Assembly: GCA_049698695.1 (NCBI GenBank)
Contig: JBAVYH010000216.1
Span: 6,992 to 70,991, forward strand
Reading direction: 5' to 3'
Source of the DNA: Bryobacteraceae bacterium
GTDB taxonomy: Bacteria > Acidobacteriota > Terriglobia > Bryobacterales > Bryobacteraceae
Length of the DNA stretch: 64,000 nt
The first letter of the stretch is position 1. Every line of letters starts with the position of its first letter. This document shows, one piece after another, positions 53,811 through 62,857 of the stretch. The translations under genes were made by a program, and so were the position numbers. A model generated the notes under the pieces. The model had not been told where the DNA came from. It saw nothing but the letters and a program-made list of their open reading frames with translations, and made no database searches.

Positions 53811-56545
53811 TGTTGGACCGTCAGGTTCACACCCTGGGGTGATGACACTCCATTGACCGTAGCGACAATCGGGTAATCGCCATTGGGCAAGTTCGGCACG
53901 GTGACGTAGAGCTGGTACAGTCCGGCGGATCCCGGTGATAGCGCAGTCCACTGCACCGTCGCGGGGGTCCCCCCGATCGTTACCGTGACTCCGGAGACGA
54001 GGCACGTTTGCGTCGAACTCGGGATTATTTGGCCAGCCGGAGCGGGTGGAGTGGTGGCGCCAAATCCAGTGCCCCATAGATAGATGCTCTCGCCCGGCTG
54101 GGCAGGCGTGGTAGGCGTGCTGAACGTCTCATTCTTTATCAGCCAGTTATAGTTAACGTCAGTAGCGACCGCATAGTTGCCCGGCCACTCGAAGAACGCC
54201 GGCTGCACAGCGGCCGACTGGGTACTGTACGGCTCGCTGGTTCCCGCTGGCGTGGTTACGGTAACCGATGTAGAACCCGTACCGAGGCCTGGCGCCAGGA
54301 CATTGATCTGCCCGGGACTAACATAATATACATAGGCAGGTGTTCCCCCCACGCTGACGCTCACGCTCGCGAGCGTGGTAGGTAATTGCAAGTTGACGAT
54401 ATAGTCATACCAACTCGAAGCCGGCCAGCCGGCGGGCGCGAAGTTCGATCCGTAAATCGAGATATAGGTCCCCGCCGCGACACCCAGTTGCCCGCCTGCG
54501 CTGTTCGCTATCCCAGCGATTTCCGGCAATGGTGCGGACACCCCAGCCACTGGCACCGCGCGAAGGTTATCAATGTAATATGTTGAGGCGGATGGAAGAC
54601 TTACGAACAAGCTGCGCACATTGGTCAAATCCGGCGTACCGCCGCCGCAATCGAGCGGCGTGGACAGTTGCTGTGACGGCAGCAGTGGCAGCGTTAGTGT
54701 GGTGGCGCCGAACAACTCAAGCGGTTCCCAATTCTCGCTCTGGCACCAAAGCCAATTGGAGCCTGACTGGAACGCAACGGCCGAGTAACCTCCGACTGTG
54801 GTCGGTGTGACATCCACCGCCAAGGACGGCCATGACGAGAGATCGACCGGTGTAGGGAGAGTGACTCCGAACCAGCCAGGCCTGGTCACATTTACTTGCA
54901 GCGAGTATTCCCCCTCGGTGTTAAAGGTCGGGCTGACGGCAACCGTACCGGCAGCCGGCGACAACGGTCCCCATCCGTCAACGCCTGGTTCGAACGACTC
55001 GAGTATCTCACAACACGTCTCGGGACCATTCACAGTTACAAACAGGTAGCCGACATTGGACACCTGTTGGTTGGTGTCCTTAACCGTATAGGAACCAAAG
55101 GGAATTCCGACATAGCCGGCTTGGGGCGTAAACTGGATGGTCTGCCCGACGACGTTGAACACGCCGCCAGTGACGGCGAGGGATGTCTGCCTGTTCTGCG
55201 GGTCGGGACCGAGATTGATGCTGGCAGGGTCGATTGTTGCCCCCCCGTAAGCGACGTCATTCGACGATACGTCGAGGGTAACCGTCACGGGCTGCCCAAA
55301 GGGCGTCGCGGCCCATTGGTTGCCAGCGACGGGCGGGAGCGGTTGGGTCGGGCCTGCCATCAATTGGGCGAAATCGTCCATCAGCCACAGCACCGGGCTG
55401 CCCTCTTCTTCATCGAATGTGCTCTCCGCTTCCGCATTGGCGGGTAGAGGCGTGCCGGGCAGGACGTCCCAGAACATGGCGCCGCTGCCGACCCCGCTAA
55501 ATATCCGGTTGGTCCAATCGTTGTAAATAAACTCCTTTGCGTTGCCGGATAGCAAACCGAACTCACCCATATAAAGAGGCTTGCCAAGGCTGGTTGCTAT
55601 CGACTGTTGGTTGGCGATGAAGGTATCCGACTCTGGAATGCTCCAGCCCCAGGTGTCCGGGTAGAGGTGAAATCCCACCAGATCGACATTCTCAGCTTGA
55701 GAGAAGCTCTTGCTATCGACGCCGTTAGCGTTGGAACAGGAGAGAGGATCGCAGATGAAGCCTTCGTCACCCACTGCCACCAGGTGATTCGAGTCGATGC
55801 TCTTGACGTACGCTGCCGCGTTGCTGATCCAGGTGACGATCGTTTGCGTGTTGCAATTCCCCGATGTGGGGTATCCATTGGGTGGTCCGGAGCCTCCGCA
55901 TTCAGGCTCGTTCGCCAGCTCCCACGCCATGATGGTCGGATCGTCTTTGTAAGCTACGTTGTAGGATGGCCCCTGAACCGTATTCTTGTGAGTCAGCACG
56001 TGGTTGACCCAGTTCTCGTACCATTGGAAGATCGTGGAGTCGGTGTAGAACTGGTCGTGGTATGCCGGCTGCAAGCCGCGCCACTTGACGTACGTATCCA
56101 TGCCGCCGAAATCCGTCCAGTTATTGGTCAGGGTCATGATGAGCTTGATCTGCAGCGCGTTGGCTTCGTTGACCGCTAAGTCCACGTTGCTCAAGCCATT
56201 AAAGGCGTTGTCGTTGTACACCGGCGCGCCGGTGGTTTGGTTGAAGGACTGAAAGTAGAAACCGTTTCCACAGGTACTGTCGCAAAAGACCCACATGCGG
56301 ACGACCTTCAAATTTTTGTTGGCCGCGGTTTGCAGAATCTGCTTCACCGTCGATTGGTTGGAATACATCAAGGGATAGGAATTGGTGCCGCCGAAGCGGA
56401 AGGGCAAGCCGCCCAGCGTCAGCGTGCCGTTAGGTGTTGCCTGCACGAACCCGCTTCCCTGGCCCCACGCCAGCGAAGCCAATCCAAACAAGAAGAGCGC
56501 AGCGCCCCAGATACGCTTGTCCAGTAACCGAAAGATCGTCGGCAT
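53807..56545 (-). CDS. Secreted glycoside hydrolase family 5 enzyme (mannanase/cellulase-like) with extra beta domains and C-terminal Ig-like Acidobacteria-type module
   Basis: Signal peptide. GH5 acid/base WELANEP and nucleophile MGEFG motifs. C-terminus GSAGLYQLYVTVPNLPNGDYPIV parallels the NHL protein C-terminus. ATG 56545 was chosen over the track start. Confidence 0.8.
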   Translation of the reverse strand: MPTIFRLLDKRIWGAALFLFGLASLAWGQGSGFVQATPNGTLTLGGLPFRFGGTNSYPLMYSNQSTVKQILQTAANKNLKVVRMWVFCDSTCGNGFYFQSFNQTTGAPVYNDNAFNGLSNVDLAVNEANALQIKLIMTLTNNWTDFGGMDTYVKWRGLQPAYHDQFYTDSTIFQWYENWVNHVLTHKNTVQGPSYNVAYKDDPTIMAWELANEPECGGSGPPNGYPTSGNCNTQTIVTWISNAAAYVKSIDSNHLVAVGDEGFICDPLSCSNANGVDSKSFSQAENVDLVGFHLYPDTWGWSIPESDTFIANQQSIATSLGKPLYMGEFGLLSGNAKEFIYNDWTNRIFSGVGSGAMFWDVLPGTPLPANAEAESTFDEEEGSPVLWLMDDFAQLMAGPTQPLPPVAGNQWAATPFGQPVTVTLDVSSNDVAYGGATIDPASINLGPDPQNRQTSLAVTGGVFNVVGQTIQFTPQAGYVGIPFGSYTVKDTNQQVSNVGYLFVTVNGPETCCEILESFEPGVDGWGPLSPAAGTVAVSPTFNTEGEYSLQVNVTRPGWFGVTLPTPVDLSSWPSLAVDVTPTTVGGYSAVAFQSGSNWLWCQSENWEPLELFGATTLTLPLLPSQQLSTPLDCGGGTPDLTNVRSLFVSLPSASTYYIDNLRAVPVAGVSAPLPEIAGIANSAGGQLGVAAGTYISIYGSNFAPAGWPASSWYDYIVNLQLPTTLASVSVSVGGTPAYVYYVSPGQINVLAPGLGTGSTSVTVTTPAGTSEPYSTQSAAVQPAFFEWPGNYAVATDVNYNWLIKNETFSTPTTPAQPGESIYLWGTGFGATTPPAPAGQIIPSSTQTCLVSGVTVTIGGTPATVQWTALSPGSAGLYQLYVTVPNLPNGDYPIVATVNGVSSPQGVNLTVQQ

Positions 56546-56805
56546 TGCTTTTGACCCCCTGCCCGCGCACGCGAGATGTGGCGAGCCTACAGCCATTCGC
56601 GCGGGCCCGGCTCCCACCCGGCCGATCCGGCTGCACATTCGAATGACTTGCGTACGATTTTACTATGTGGCGCGGTGGAAGGGATCGGCCATTGTGGTGC
56701 AGGCGCATACAGGGACGTGATGCCAAAGCGGGCAGCCTGAGAAACCCGCCCCCAAGCGGGCGTTGGCAGGCTGAAGCCCGCCCCACCAGTGCAAGCGGAC
56801 GACAC

Positions 56806-58101
56806 TCACGCGGCCGGCTCTGGGTGAACCTCGATTTCCTCGGGTTCCACGCCGAGGCGTTCGGGCTCCGGGAGACGGCCCGTGAAATGGGCCCAGCCCC
56901 AGAACAGAGCGGTCGAGGAGCTGAGCACGCCGGCAATGGCGCCGATGGTACGTGGGTTCCAGTATTCGCTGGCGATGCCGGCCAGCGTCATCGAAATCAG
57001 CATCACCGACCAGGTTGCCGATTCCATGGTGGCGAAGACGCGGCCGCGGAGCCCATCGGGGACGATGCGCAGCAGTTGCGACATGTTGAGCACCGAGCTC
57101 ATGGCCACGCCGGCGCGCGAGAGGGCGATGAAGAACAGTGCCCAGCCGAAATGGCGCATCTGGCTGAACAGAACGTAAGAGCCGCCGTGGACGATGTAAC
57201 AGAGCACGATGGCGCGCTTGTAATTGGTGAAGCTGAGGCGGCGGCCGAAGCTGTAGCCGAGCGCGCCTCCCGTCAGCAGGCCGATTCCGGCGAAGCTCCA
57301 GACGATGCCCAGGCCGGCGGGGCCGCGATTAAAAACGATCTCGCCGAAAATGGTGAACAGAATTTGCGCCGCGCCGCCGCCGGAGGCCCAGCCCACGTTG
57401 ATGAGCAGCAGCCCCATCACCAGCGGCACGCCGCGCATGTAGCGCAGGCCCTCCTTGTACTCGTGCCAGGGCCGGACCACTTCGGCTTCGGTGAGCGCGC
57501 GCCGCGGCGGATAGAAGCCGCGCCCGGGCAGGCGCAAACGCGAAATGCAACACGCGGAAATCAGAAACGAGAGCGCATTGCCCACGAAGGCCCAGCGGTA
57601 GCCGAACTGCATCACGCTGACACCGGCGAGGAAAGTGCCGATGGTGAGCGTGGTCCAACCCGTCGTCTGGGTGAGCGAATTGGCGGTGTGCAGCTCCTCG
57701 CGGGTGGCGATGGCGGGAAGAATGGCGGCGCGGCCGGCGGTAAAGAATGGCGAGGCCCCCATCAGCAGCGCGCTCAACGAATAGAGCAGCCAAGTGTCGC
57801 CGCGGCCGATGGCGAGGATGAAGCCGAGCGCCACCACGGCGCGGATGAGGTCGCTCGCGATCATCACATGTTTGCGGTTCAGGCGGTCGAGCGCCACGCC
57901 GGCCGCGGGCCCGATGAGCATGGCGGGAATGGCGCGCGAAAGCATCACGCCGCTGACTACCATGCCAGAGCGGGTGGCAGCCACGGCGAGGCTGAAAACG
58001 GCGATGTTGTTGAAGTGGTCGCCGATCTCGCTGACCACCTGGCCCACCCAGGTGAAGCGGTAGTTGCGGTTCCCGGCGAGGAGCGAGAGGAAGGCGTTCA
58101 A
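56806..58101 (-). CDS. MFS transporter (EntS/DUF894-like)
   Basis: N-terminus LNAFLSLLAGNRNYRFTWVGQVVSEIGD is typical of this MFS subfamily. 12 TM helices. TTG 58101 is preceded by GAGGAG and overlaps the upstream stop (TTGA). Confidence 0.7.
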   Translation of the reverse strand: MNAFLSLLAGNRNYRFTWVGQVVSEIGDHFNNIAVFSLAVAATRSGMVVSGVMLSRAIPAMLIGPAAGVALDRLNRKHVMIASDLIRAVVALGFILAIGRGDTWLLYSLSALLMGASPFFTAGRAAILPAIATREELHTANSLTQTTGWTTLTIGTFLAGVSVMQFGYRWAFVGNALSFLISACCISRLRLPGRGFYPPRRALTEAEVVRPWHEYKEGLRYMRGVPLVMGLLLINVGWASGGGAAQILFTIFGEIVFNRGPAGLGIVWSFAGIGLLTGGALGYSFGRRLSFTNYKRAIVLCYIVHGGSYVLFSQMRHFGWALFFIALSRAGVAMSSVLNMSQLLRIVPDGLRGRVFATMESATWSVMLISMTLAGIASEYWNPRTIGAIAGVLSSSTALFWGWAHFTGRLPEPERLGVEPEEIEVHPEPAA

Positions 58102-59207
58102 CCGGTGGTCTCCTCGCGCACCGTGATGGCGTCGATAAATTCGCGATCGAGCGCGTAGCCGAAGCCGGGCTGGTCGCGGATTTCGATGGTGCCGCGCGGG
58201 GTGGTTTCCACCGCCGGCTGAATGATGTCGCGCTGCCAGTAGCGGCGGCTGGCGGAAACGTCGCCCGGTAGCACGAAATTGGGCAGCGTAGCCAGCGCCA
58301 CGTTGTGCGCGCGGCCGATGCCGGCTTCGAGCATGCCGCCGCACCAGACGGGAATGCCGGCCGCCTGTGCCACGTCGTGCAGACGGCGCGCTTCGGCGAA
58401 CCCGCCAACGCGGCCCAGCTTGATGTTGAGGATGCCGCAGGCGCGCAGCCGGATCGCCTGGGCGGCGTGGTGCGCGCTGCGAATCGATTCATCCAGGCAG
58501 ATGGGCGTCTGCAAACGCGCCTGCAATGCGGCGTGGTCGATGATGTCGTCGTGCGCCAGCGGTTGCTCAATCATCATCAGGTAGAAATCGTCCAGCTTGC
58601 GCAAGTGGTCGGCGTCGGCCAGCGTATACGCGGAGTTGGCGTCGGCCATCAGCTTGATGCGGGGAAAGCGCTCCCGCACACGCGCCACCACGTCGACGTC
58701 CCAGCCGGGCTTGATCTTCATCTTGATGCGCTGATACCCGGCGGCCAGCTCGCGCTCGATGGTTTCCAGCAGCTCCTCCACCGAATCCTGTATGCCGATG
58801 GAGACGCCGCAAGGGATTTCGCGGCGCGCGCCGCCGCCGATCTTTTTCCAAAGCGGCAGGCCTTCGATGCGCGCGGCCAGGTCCCACACGGCGGTTTCCA
58901 GGCCGCCTTTGGCCATGTTGTGGCCGCGAATGTGAGCGGTGAGAGGATAGACCGCCTCCGGGCCATCAAGCTCGCGGCTGATCACGCGCGGGGCGGCGTA
59001 ATCGCGCAGAATCCGCCACGCCGATTCGGTCCATTCCTCGTTGTAGAAAGGGTTCTCGCCGGCGGTCACTTCGCCCCAGCCGGAAATGCCGCCCGCTTGT
59101 GCCTCCACCAGGATGATGTGGCGCTCGTAAGTGCGGCCAAAACTGGTTTCGAAGAAGTGCACCAGCGGCATGCGGATCTGCCGCAGGGTGACGCACTCGA
59201 TCTTCAT
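58098..59207 (-). CDS. Enolase-superfamily o-succinylbenzoate synthase / N-acylamino acid racemase-type enzyme
   Basis: KxK (IKMKIKPG), metal ligands (LMADANSAY, MIEQPL, CLDES) and a second catalytic Lys (NIKLGRVGG). ATG overlaps the GNAT stop (ATGA). No men genes nearby. Confidence 0.8.
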   Translation of the reverse strand: MKIECVTLRQIRMPLVHFFETSFGRTYERHIILVEAQAGGISGWGEVTAGENPFYNEEWTESAWRILRDYAAPRVISRELDGPEAVYPLTAHIRGHNMAKGGLETAVWDLAARIEGLPLWKKIGGGARREIPCGVSIGIQDSVEELLETIERELAAGYQRIKMKIKPGWDVDVVARVRERFPRIKLMADANSAYTLADADHLRKLDDFYLMMIEQPLAHDDIIDHAALQARLQTPICLDESIRSAHHAAQAIRLRACGILNIKLGRVGGFAEARRLHDVAQAAGIPVWCGGMLEAGIGRAHNVALATLPNFVLPGDVSASRRYWQRDIIQPAVETTPRGTIEIRDQPGFGYALDREFIDAITVREETTG

Positions 59208-59929
59208 AGCCATGGCTCCAGCAGATAGGTTCCCATAGCGGGACCGCGTTCGAACCCGGTCACAGCCAGGCCGCGCGCAAAAGCATCCTGAAACAGCGCG
59301 GCGTTGGCTTTCTGAATTTCGCGCGCGCGGGCGGAGTCCTGGCTGCGAATCAGCGCGATATCGGCGGGAAAGGAGATGCGCTCGGCGGCGTGGACGGGCG
59401 GCCGCCCGCCTGCCAGCGTCTGCCGCACGCGCGGCGAATCCAGCCACCATTCGGCGGTGCAGCGATCGGTGGGCAGGCCGCCGTGCAGCGGGCTCGCGGT
59501 GATGCCGTACTGATTCTCCGTGTAGCGCCGAACGATGGCGCCGAGGCGTTCCAGGTTGAAGTACGCGTTCTTCAGCTCGAGCGGATCGAAGGTCCATTCG
59601 ATCAGGCCGATGCCGCGGGCGAGCGCGTCCTCGCGCTGGCGGAGCTTGAGGCGGCGGCCGATGCCGGAATCGCGATATTCCGGCAGCACACCCAGCATGT
59701 GGCTGTGCAGATACGGCGTGGGGCCGGGCTTGACCCCGGGGATGGCGAAGCAGAAGGCTATTAGGCGATCGCCGTCGTAAGCGCCGAAAATGTGCCCGCC
59801 CACTTTGTCTAGCACTACCAGGAACCGCATGGGCAGCAGATCGATGGCATCGAAGCCCCAGACCTCTTGCTGCAATTCGACCACGCAGGCGTACTGGGAG
59901 AGTTCGTGCAGCGGCCGAATGTCGATCAC
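59204..59929 (-). CDS. GNAT-fold acyltransferase-like protein
   Basis: Core HSHMLGVLPEYRDSGIGRRLKLRQRE is the GNAT acyl-CoA-binding pattern. GTG 59929 overlaps the mazG stop (GTGA). An alternative ATG lies at 59947. Confidence 0.65.
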   Translation of the reverse strand: MIDIRPLHELSQYACVVELQQEVWGFDAIDLLPMRFLVVLDKVGGHIFGAYDGDRLIAFCFAIPGVKPGPTPYLHSHMLGVLPEYRDSGIGRRLKLRQREDALARGIGLIEWTFDPLELKNAYFNLERLGAIVRRYTENQYGITASPLHGGLPTDRCTAEWWLDSPRVRQTLAGGRPPVHAAERISFPADIALIRSQDSARAREIQKANAALFQDAFARGLAVTGFERGPAMGTYLLEPWL

Positions 59930-60708
59930 GCTTTGGCTTCCTGCCACAGCGCCTCCATTTCCTCAAGGGTCGCATCGGCCGGCTTCTTGCCGCGCTCGGC
60001 CAGCTTGCGCTCAATGTAGCCGAAGCGCCGGCGGAATTTGGCATTGGTGGCGCGCAGCGCCTGCTCGGGATCCACCTTCACGAAGCGCGCCAGGTTGACG
60101 AGCGTGAAGAGCATGTCGCCCAGCTCGTTTTCCAGTTCGGCAGGCGATCCGCCGCGGCGCGCCTCGGCAAATTCGCTCGCCTCTTCCTGCAGCTTCTCGA
60201 GCACCTGCTCGGGGTTCTCCCAATCGAAGCCCACTTGGGCGGCGCGCGAAGTGATCTGCTGCGCCTCCACCAGCGCCGGAAGGGCGCGCGGCACGCCGGC
60301 CAGCAGGCCTTCCTCCTGCCGGCCTTGCGCGGCCTTTTCGGCGGCCTTCACCTCGCTCCAGATGCGTTTCACGTCGCCGGCGGTCGAGGCCGATTCCTCG
60401 CCGAAAATGTGCGGATGGCGGCGCAGCAGCTTGCGATTGATCGCCTCCAGCGCGTCTTCGATGCTGAAGAGGCCTTGTTCAGAGGCCATCTGCGCGTAGA
60501 AGACGGCCTGCAGGATGTAGTCGCCCAGTTCTTCGGCCAAGTCGGGCCAGTCGCGGCGGTCGATGGCGTCGAGCACCTCGTAGGTCTCTTCCAGTGTGTA
60601 GGGCTTGATGCTGTCGAAGGTTTGCTCGCGGTCCCACGGGCAGCCGCCCGGCGCGCGCAAGCGGGCCATCAGGGCAAGCAGACGATCAAACTTTTCGGCG
60701 GCGCTCAA
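59926..60708 (-). CDS. mazG: Nucleoside triphosphate pyrophosphohydrolase MazG
   Basis: Tandem MazG domains with the EETYEVLDAI and EELGDxL motifs each present (EELGDYIL, NELGDMLF). Confidence 0.85.
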   Translation of the reverse strand: MSAAEKFDRLLALMARLRAPGGCPWDREQTFDSIKPYTLEETYEVLDAIDRRDWPDLAEELGDYILQAVFYAQMASEQGLFSIEDALEAINRKLLRRHPHIFGEESASTAGDVKRIWSEVKAAEKAAQGRQEEGLLAGVPRALPALVEAQQITSRAAQVGFDWENPEQVLEKLQEEASEFAEARRGGSPAELENELGDMLFTLVNLARFVKVDPEQALRATNAKFRRRFGYIERKLAERGKKPADATLEEMEALWQEAKA

Positions 60709-60753
60709 CGGGCGGCTCCGGCCAGGCGCCGGCCCGAGCGCCGGACCAGAACC

Positions 60754-62337
60754 TCAGTGCGTGTAACTGGCGTTGATGAACTCGTCGACATCTCTATGCA
60801 TTTTATCGTGCGCCTTGCTGTCGATATAGACCATGTGGCCGGATTCGTAATACGCGAACGCAATATTCTTCCTCACCGGCGGCTCCAGGTTCATGTGCGA
60901 GACGGTTTCCTCGATGCCGTTGAAGGGCGTGGCGACGTCATAATAACCGCACAGCACCAGCACCTTCAGAGAGCTCTCCTCGGTCATGGCGGAGCGCAGA
61001 ACCTCGGCTACCCGGGTTTCGCCGGCGTCGCTCCAGGGCCGCACATTGGCGCTGACTTCGTAAGTCATCTCGCTCTTCCAGCCGAGTTCGCGGCGCAGGT
61101 AGTCCTGGAAAGTGGCCACGAAGGCGCCGACATAAGAGGCTTCGCTCGGATCGTATTCGTTGCGCTCGCCTGCGGCATCCACGTCCGTGCCGAGGAACCG
61201 CGAATCCAGGCGGCCGACGGTGCGCCGCTGATCGCGCATCAGCTCTTTGAACCACCGTTGCGGGCTGATGCGCAGGTTGGCCTCCTCGATGTACTGCGGC
61301 TTAAGGCCGGTGAAGCGGGCTATGTCCCTGACGACCTTCTGATACTCGGCCGGGGTGAGCTGATCGCCTTTTTCGAGCGCCTGGGCGTACTCGCCGTGGG
61401 CGAACTGGCGCGCCGCCTGCGCCACGGCTTCGATGCTTTCCTTTTGCAGATCGGGCGGCAGCAGGTGGTGATACCAGGCGGTGGTGGTGTAAGTGGGCAG
61501 GAAGAAGATATGGCGGTCGTCGCCGCCCCAGTCGGCAAACGCCACCGTAGAAAGCAGCACAATACCGTTCAGGTAAATCTCGTGGCGATGCTCGAGAACG
61601 CCGGCCAATTCCGCCGAGCGCGTGGTGCCATAGCTTTCGCCGATCAGGAATTTGGGCGATGCCCAGCGCTCACTGCGGGTGATGTACTGGTAAATAAAAT
61701 CGGCGAACCAGTTGGCGTCTTCGATAACGCCGTAAAACTGCGACGCGGTCTGGCCCGGCGCCGGCCGGCTGTAGCCGGTGCTGATGGCGTCGACGAAGAC
61801 CAGGTCGGTCGCATCCAGAAAGGAATCCTCGTCGTCGACGATGCTGTAGGGCGCCGGCATGCCGTGACCGTCGGGCGTGAGCACCACTCGCCTCGGTCCC
61901 ATGCCCATGTGAGTAAACAGCGAAGCCGATCCGGGTCCGCCGTTGTAGACGAACGCCACCGGGCGTTTGCTGATGTCGGCGACGCCGTCCTTGGTATACG
62001 CCACGTAGAAGAATGTGGCCTTGGGCGTGCCATCATCGGCGTTAATGACGTAAGTGCCGGCGGTCGCGGTGTAGTGGATCTCTTCGCCGCCGATGCGCGC
62101 CGAATGGTGGGTGACTACGGCCTTCTCTTCGGGCGGCGGCTGGTGCTTCGCTGCTGGCTCCGATTCGGCGCCCCCGCGCGCAGACGCCGGACGCTGGGCC
62201 GGCGGCATGCCGCCTCGTCCAATGCGCTGCGCCGGCGGAGTGGTCATGGTCTCGCCCGGCGGCGGGGCTTGGGCCGCCGCCCATGAGGCCAACAGGCAGG
62301 AAAGTACGCTTACCAGAATCGGGCTTTTCATCACCAT
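60754..62337 (-). CDS. Secreted S10-family serine carboxypeptidase-like protein
   Basis: Signal peptide, NGGPGSAS, nucleophile GESYG and C-terminal YESGHMVY (His). RBS AAGGAGAA. Confidence 0.75.
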   Translation of the reverse strand: MVMKSPILVSVLSCLLASWAAAQAPPPGETMTTPPAQRIGRGGMPPAQRPASARGGAESEPAAKHQPPPEEKAVVTHHSARIGGEEIHYTATAGTYVINADDGTPKATFFYVAYTKDGVADISKRPVAFVYNGGPGSASLFTHMGMGPRRVVLTPDGHGMPAPYSIVDDEDSFLDATDLVFVDAISTGYSRPAPGQTASQFYGVIEDANWFADFIYQYITRSERWASPKFLIGESYGTTRSAELAGVLEHRHEIYLNGIVLLSTVAFADWGGDDRHIFFLPTYTTTAWYHHLLPPDLQKESIEAVAQAARQFAHGEYAQALEKGDQLTPAEYQKVVRDIARFTGLKPQYIEEANLRISPQRWFKELMRDQRRTVGRLDSRFLGTDVDAAGERNEYDPSEASYVGAFVATFQDYLRRELGWKSEMTYEVSANVRPWSDAGETRVAEVLRSAMTEESSLKVLVLCGYYDVATPFNGIEETVSHMNLEPPVRKNIAFAYYESGHMVYIDSKAHDKMHRDVDEFINASYTH

Positions 62338-62441
62338 CGCTGTTTCTCCTTGTTGAACCGCAATCGTATACCCTCAACGCGTGCCCAAGCAAGCGCGCGC
62401 GCTTCGTCGTCAGGCTCCCGAGCCGCACCGCCACTTTTCGC

Positions 62442-62470
62442 TTGACAAGCTCCTCATTTAGTACTAATAA
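62442..62470 (+). promoter_or_regulatory. Putative sigma-70 promoter of blaI (leaderless transcript predicted)
   Basis: TTGACA (62442-62447), a 17-nt spacer, TAATAA (62465-62470). The ATG at 62477 is 6 nt after the -10 element and has no RBS. Confidence 0.5.
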
Positions 62471-62477
62471 ATTAGTA
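62462..62477. promoter_or_regulatory. Perfect palindrome TACTAAT-AA-ATTAGTA, candidate BlaI-family operator
   Basis: 7-bp inverted arms separated by 2 nt. Overlaps the -10 element and the first base of the start codon of the repressor gene. Confidence 0.5.
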
Positions 62478-62857
62478 TGCGATCGCGAAGCAGTATCCTG
62501 ACGGGCCAGGAACTGGAAATCATGAAGATCGTCTGGGAGCGCGGCAGCGTGACCGTGCGCGACGTCTACGAGGCGCTGCTGGAGCGCCGCAAGGTGGCCT
62601 ACACCACGGTGATGACCATGATGAAGATCCTGGAGCAGAAGAAGTACCTGAAGAAGACGCAGGCCGAGCGGGCTTACGTGTACCGGCCGGCGCAGCCCAA
62701 GCGCAAGGTGATCGGCGCCATGGTGCGGGAATTCGTCAACCGGGTCTTCAACGGGTCGGCCGAGCCGCTGCTGGTTCACCTGGTGGAAGAGGGCGACCTG
62801 TCGCGTGAGGATCTCGAGGAAATCGCGCGGCTGCGCAAGCCGGGGAGGGAGTCATGA
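62477..62857 (+). CDS. blaI: BlaI/MecI/CopY family transcriptional repressor
   Basis: Winged-helix N-terminus LTGQELEIMKIVWERGSVTVRDVYEAL...YTTVMTMMKILEQKKYL. Confidence 0.85.
   Translation: MRSRSSILTGQELEIMKIVWERGSVTVRDVYEALLERRKVAYTTVMTMMKILEQKKYLKKTQAERAYVYRPAQPKRKVIGAMVREFVNRVFNGSAEPLLVHLVEEGDLSREDLEEIARLRKPGRES

Noticed and set aside
59208-60044. Upstream extension of the 648-aa track ORF containing the racemase-type gene. Similar extensions occur at 46570-47388, 37595-37990, 47770-48231, 21566-21826, 26948-27229 and 19905-20138.
   Set aside because: The extensions overlap neighbouring real genes and are Arg/Ser/Pro-rich. Internal starts with an RBS or a 4-nt stop/start overlap give proteins of the normal family length.
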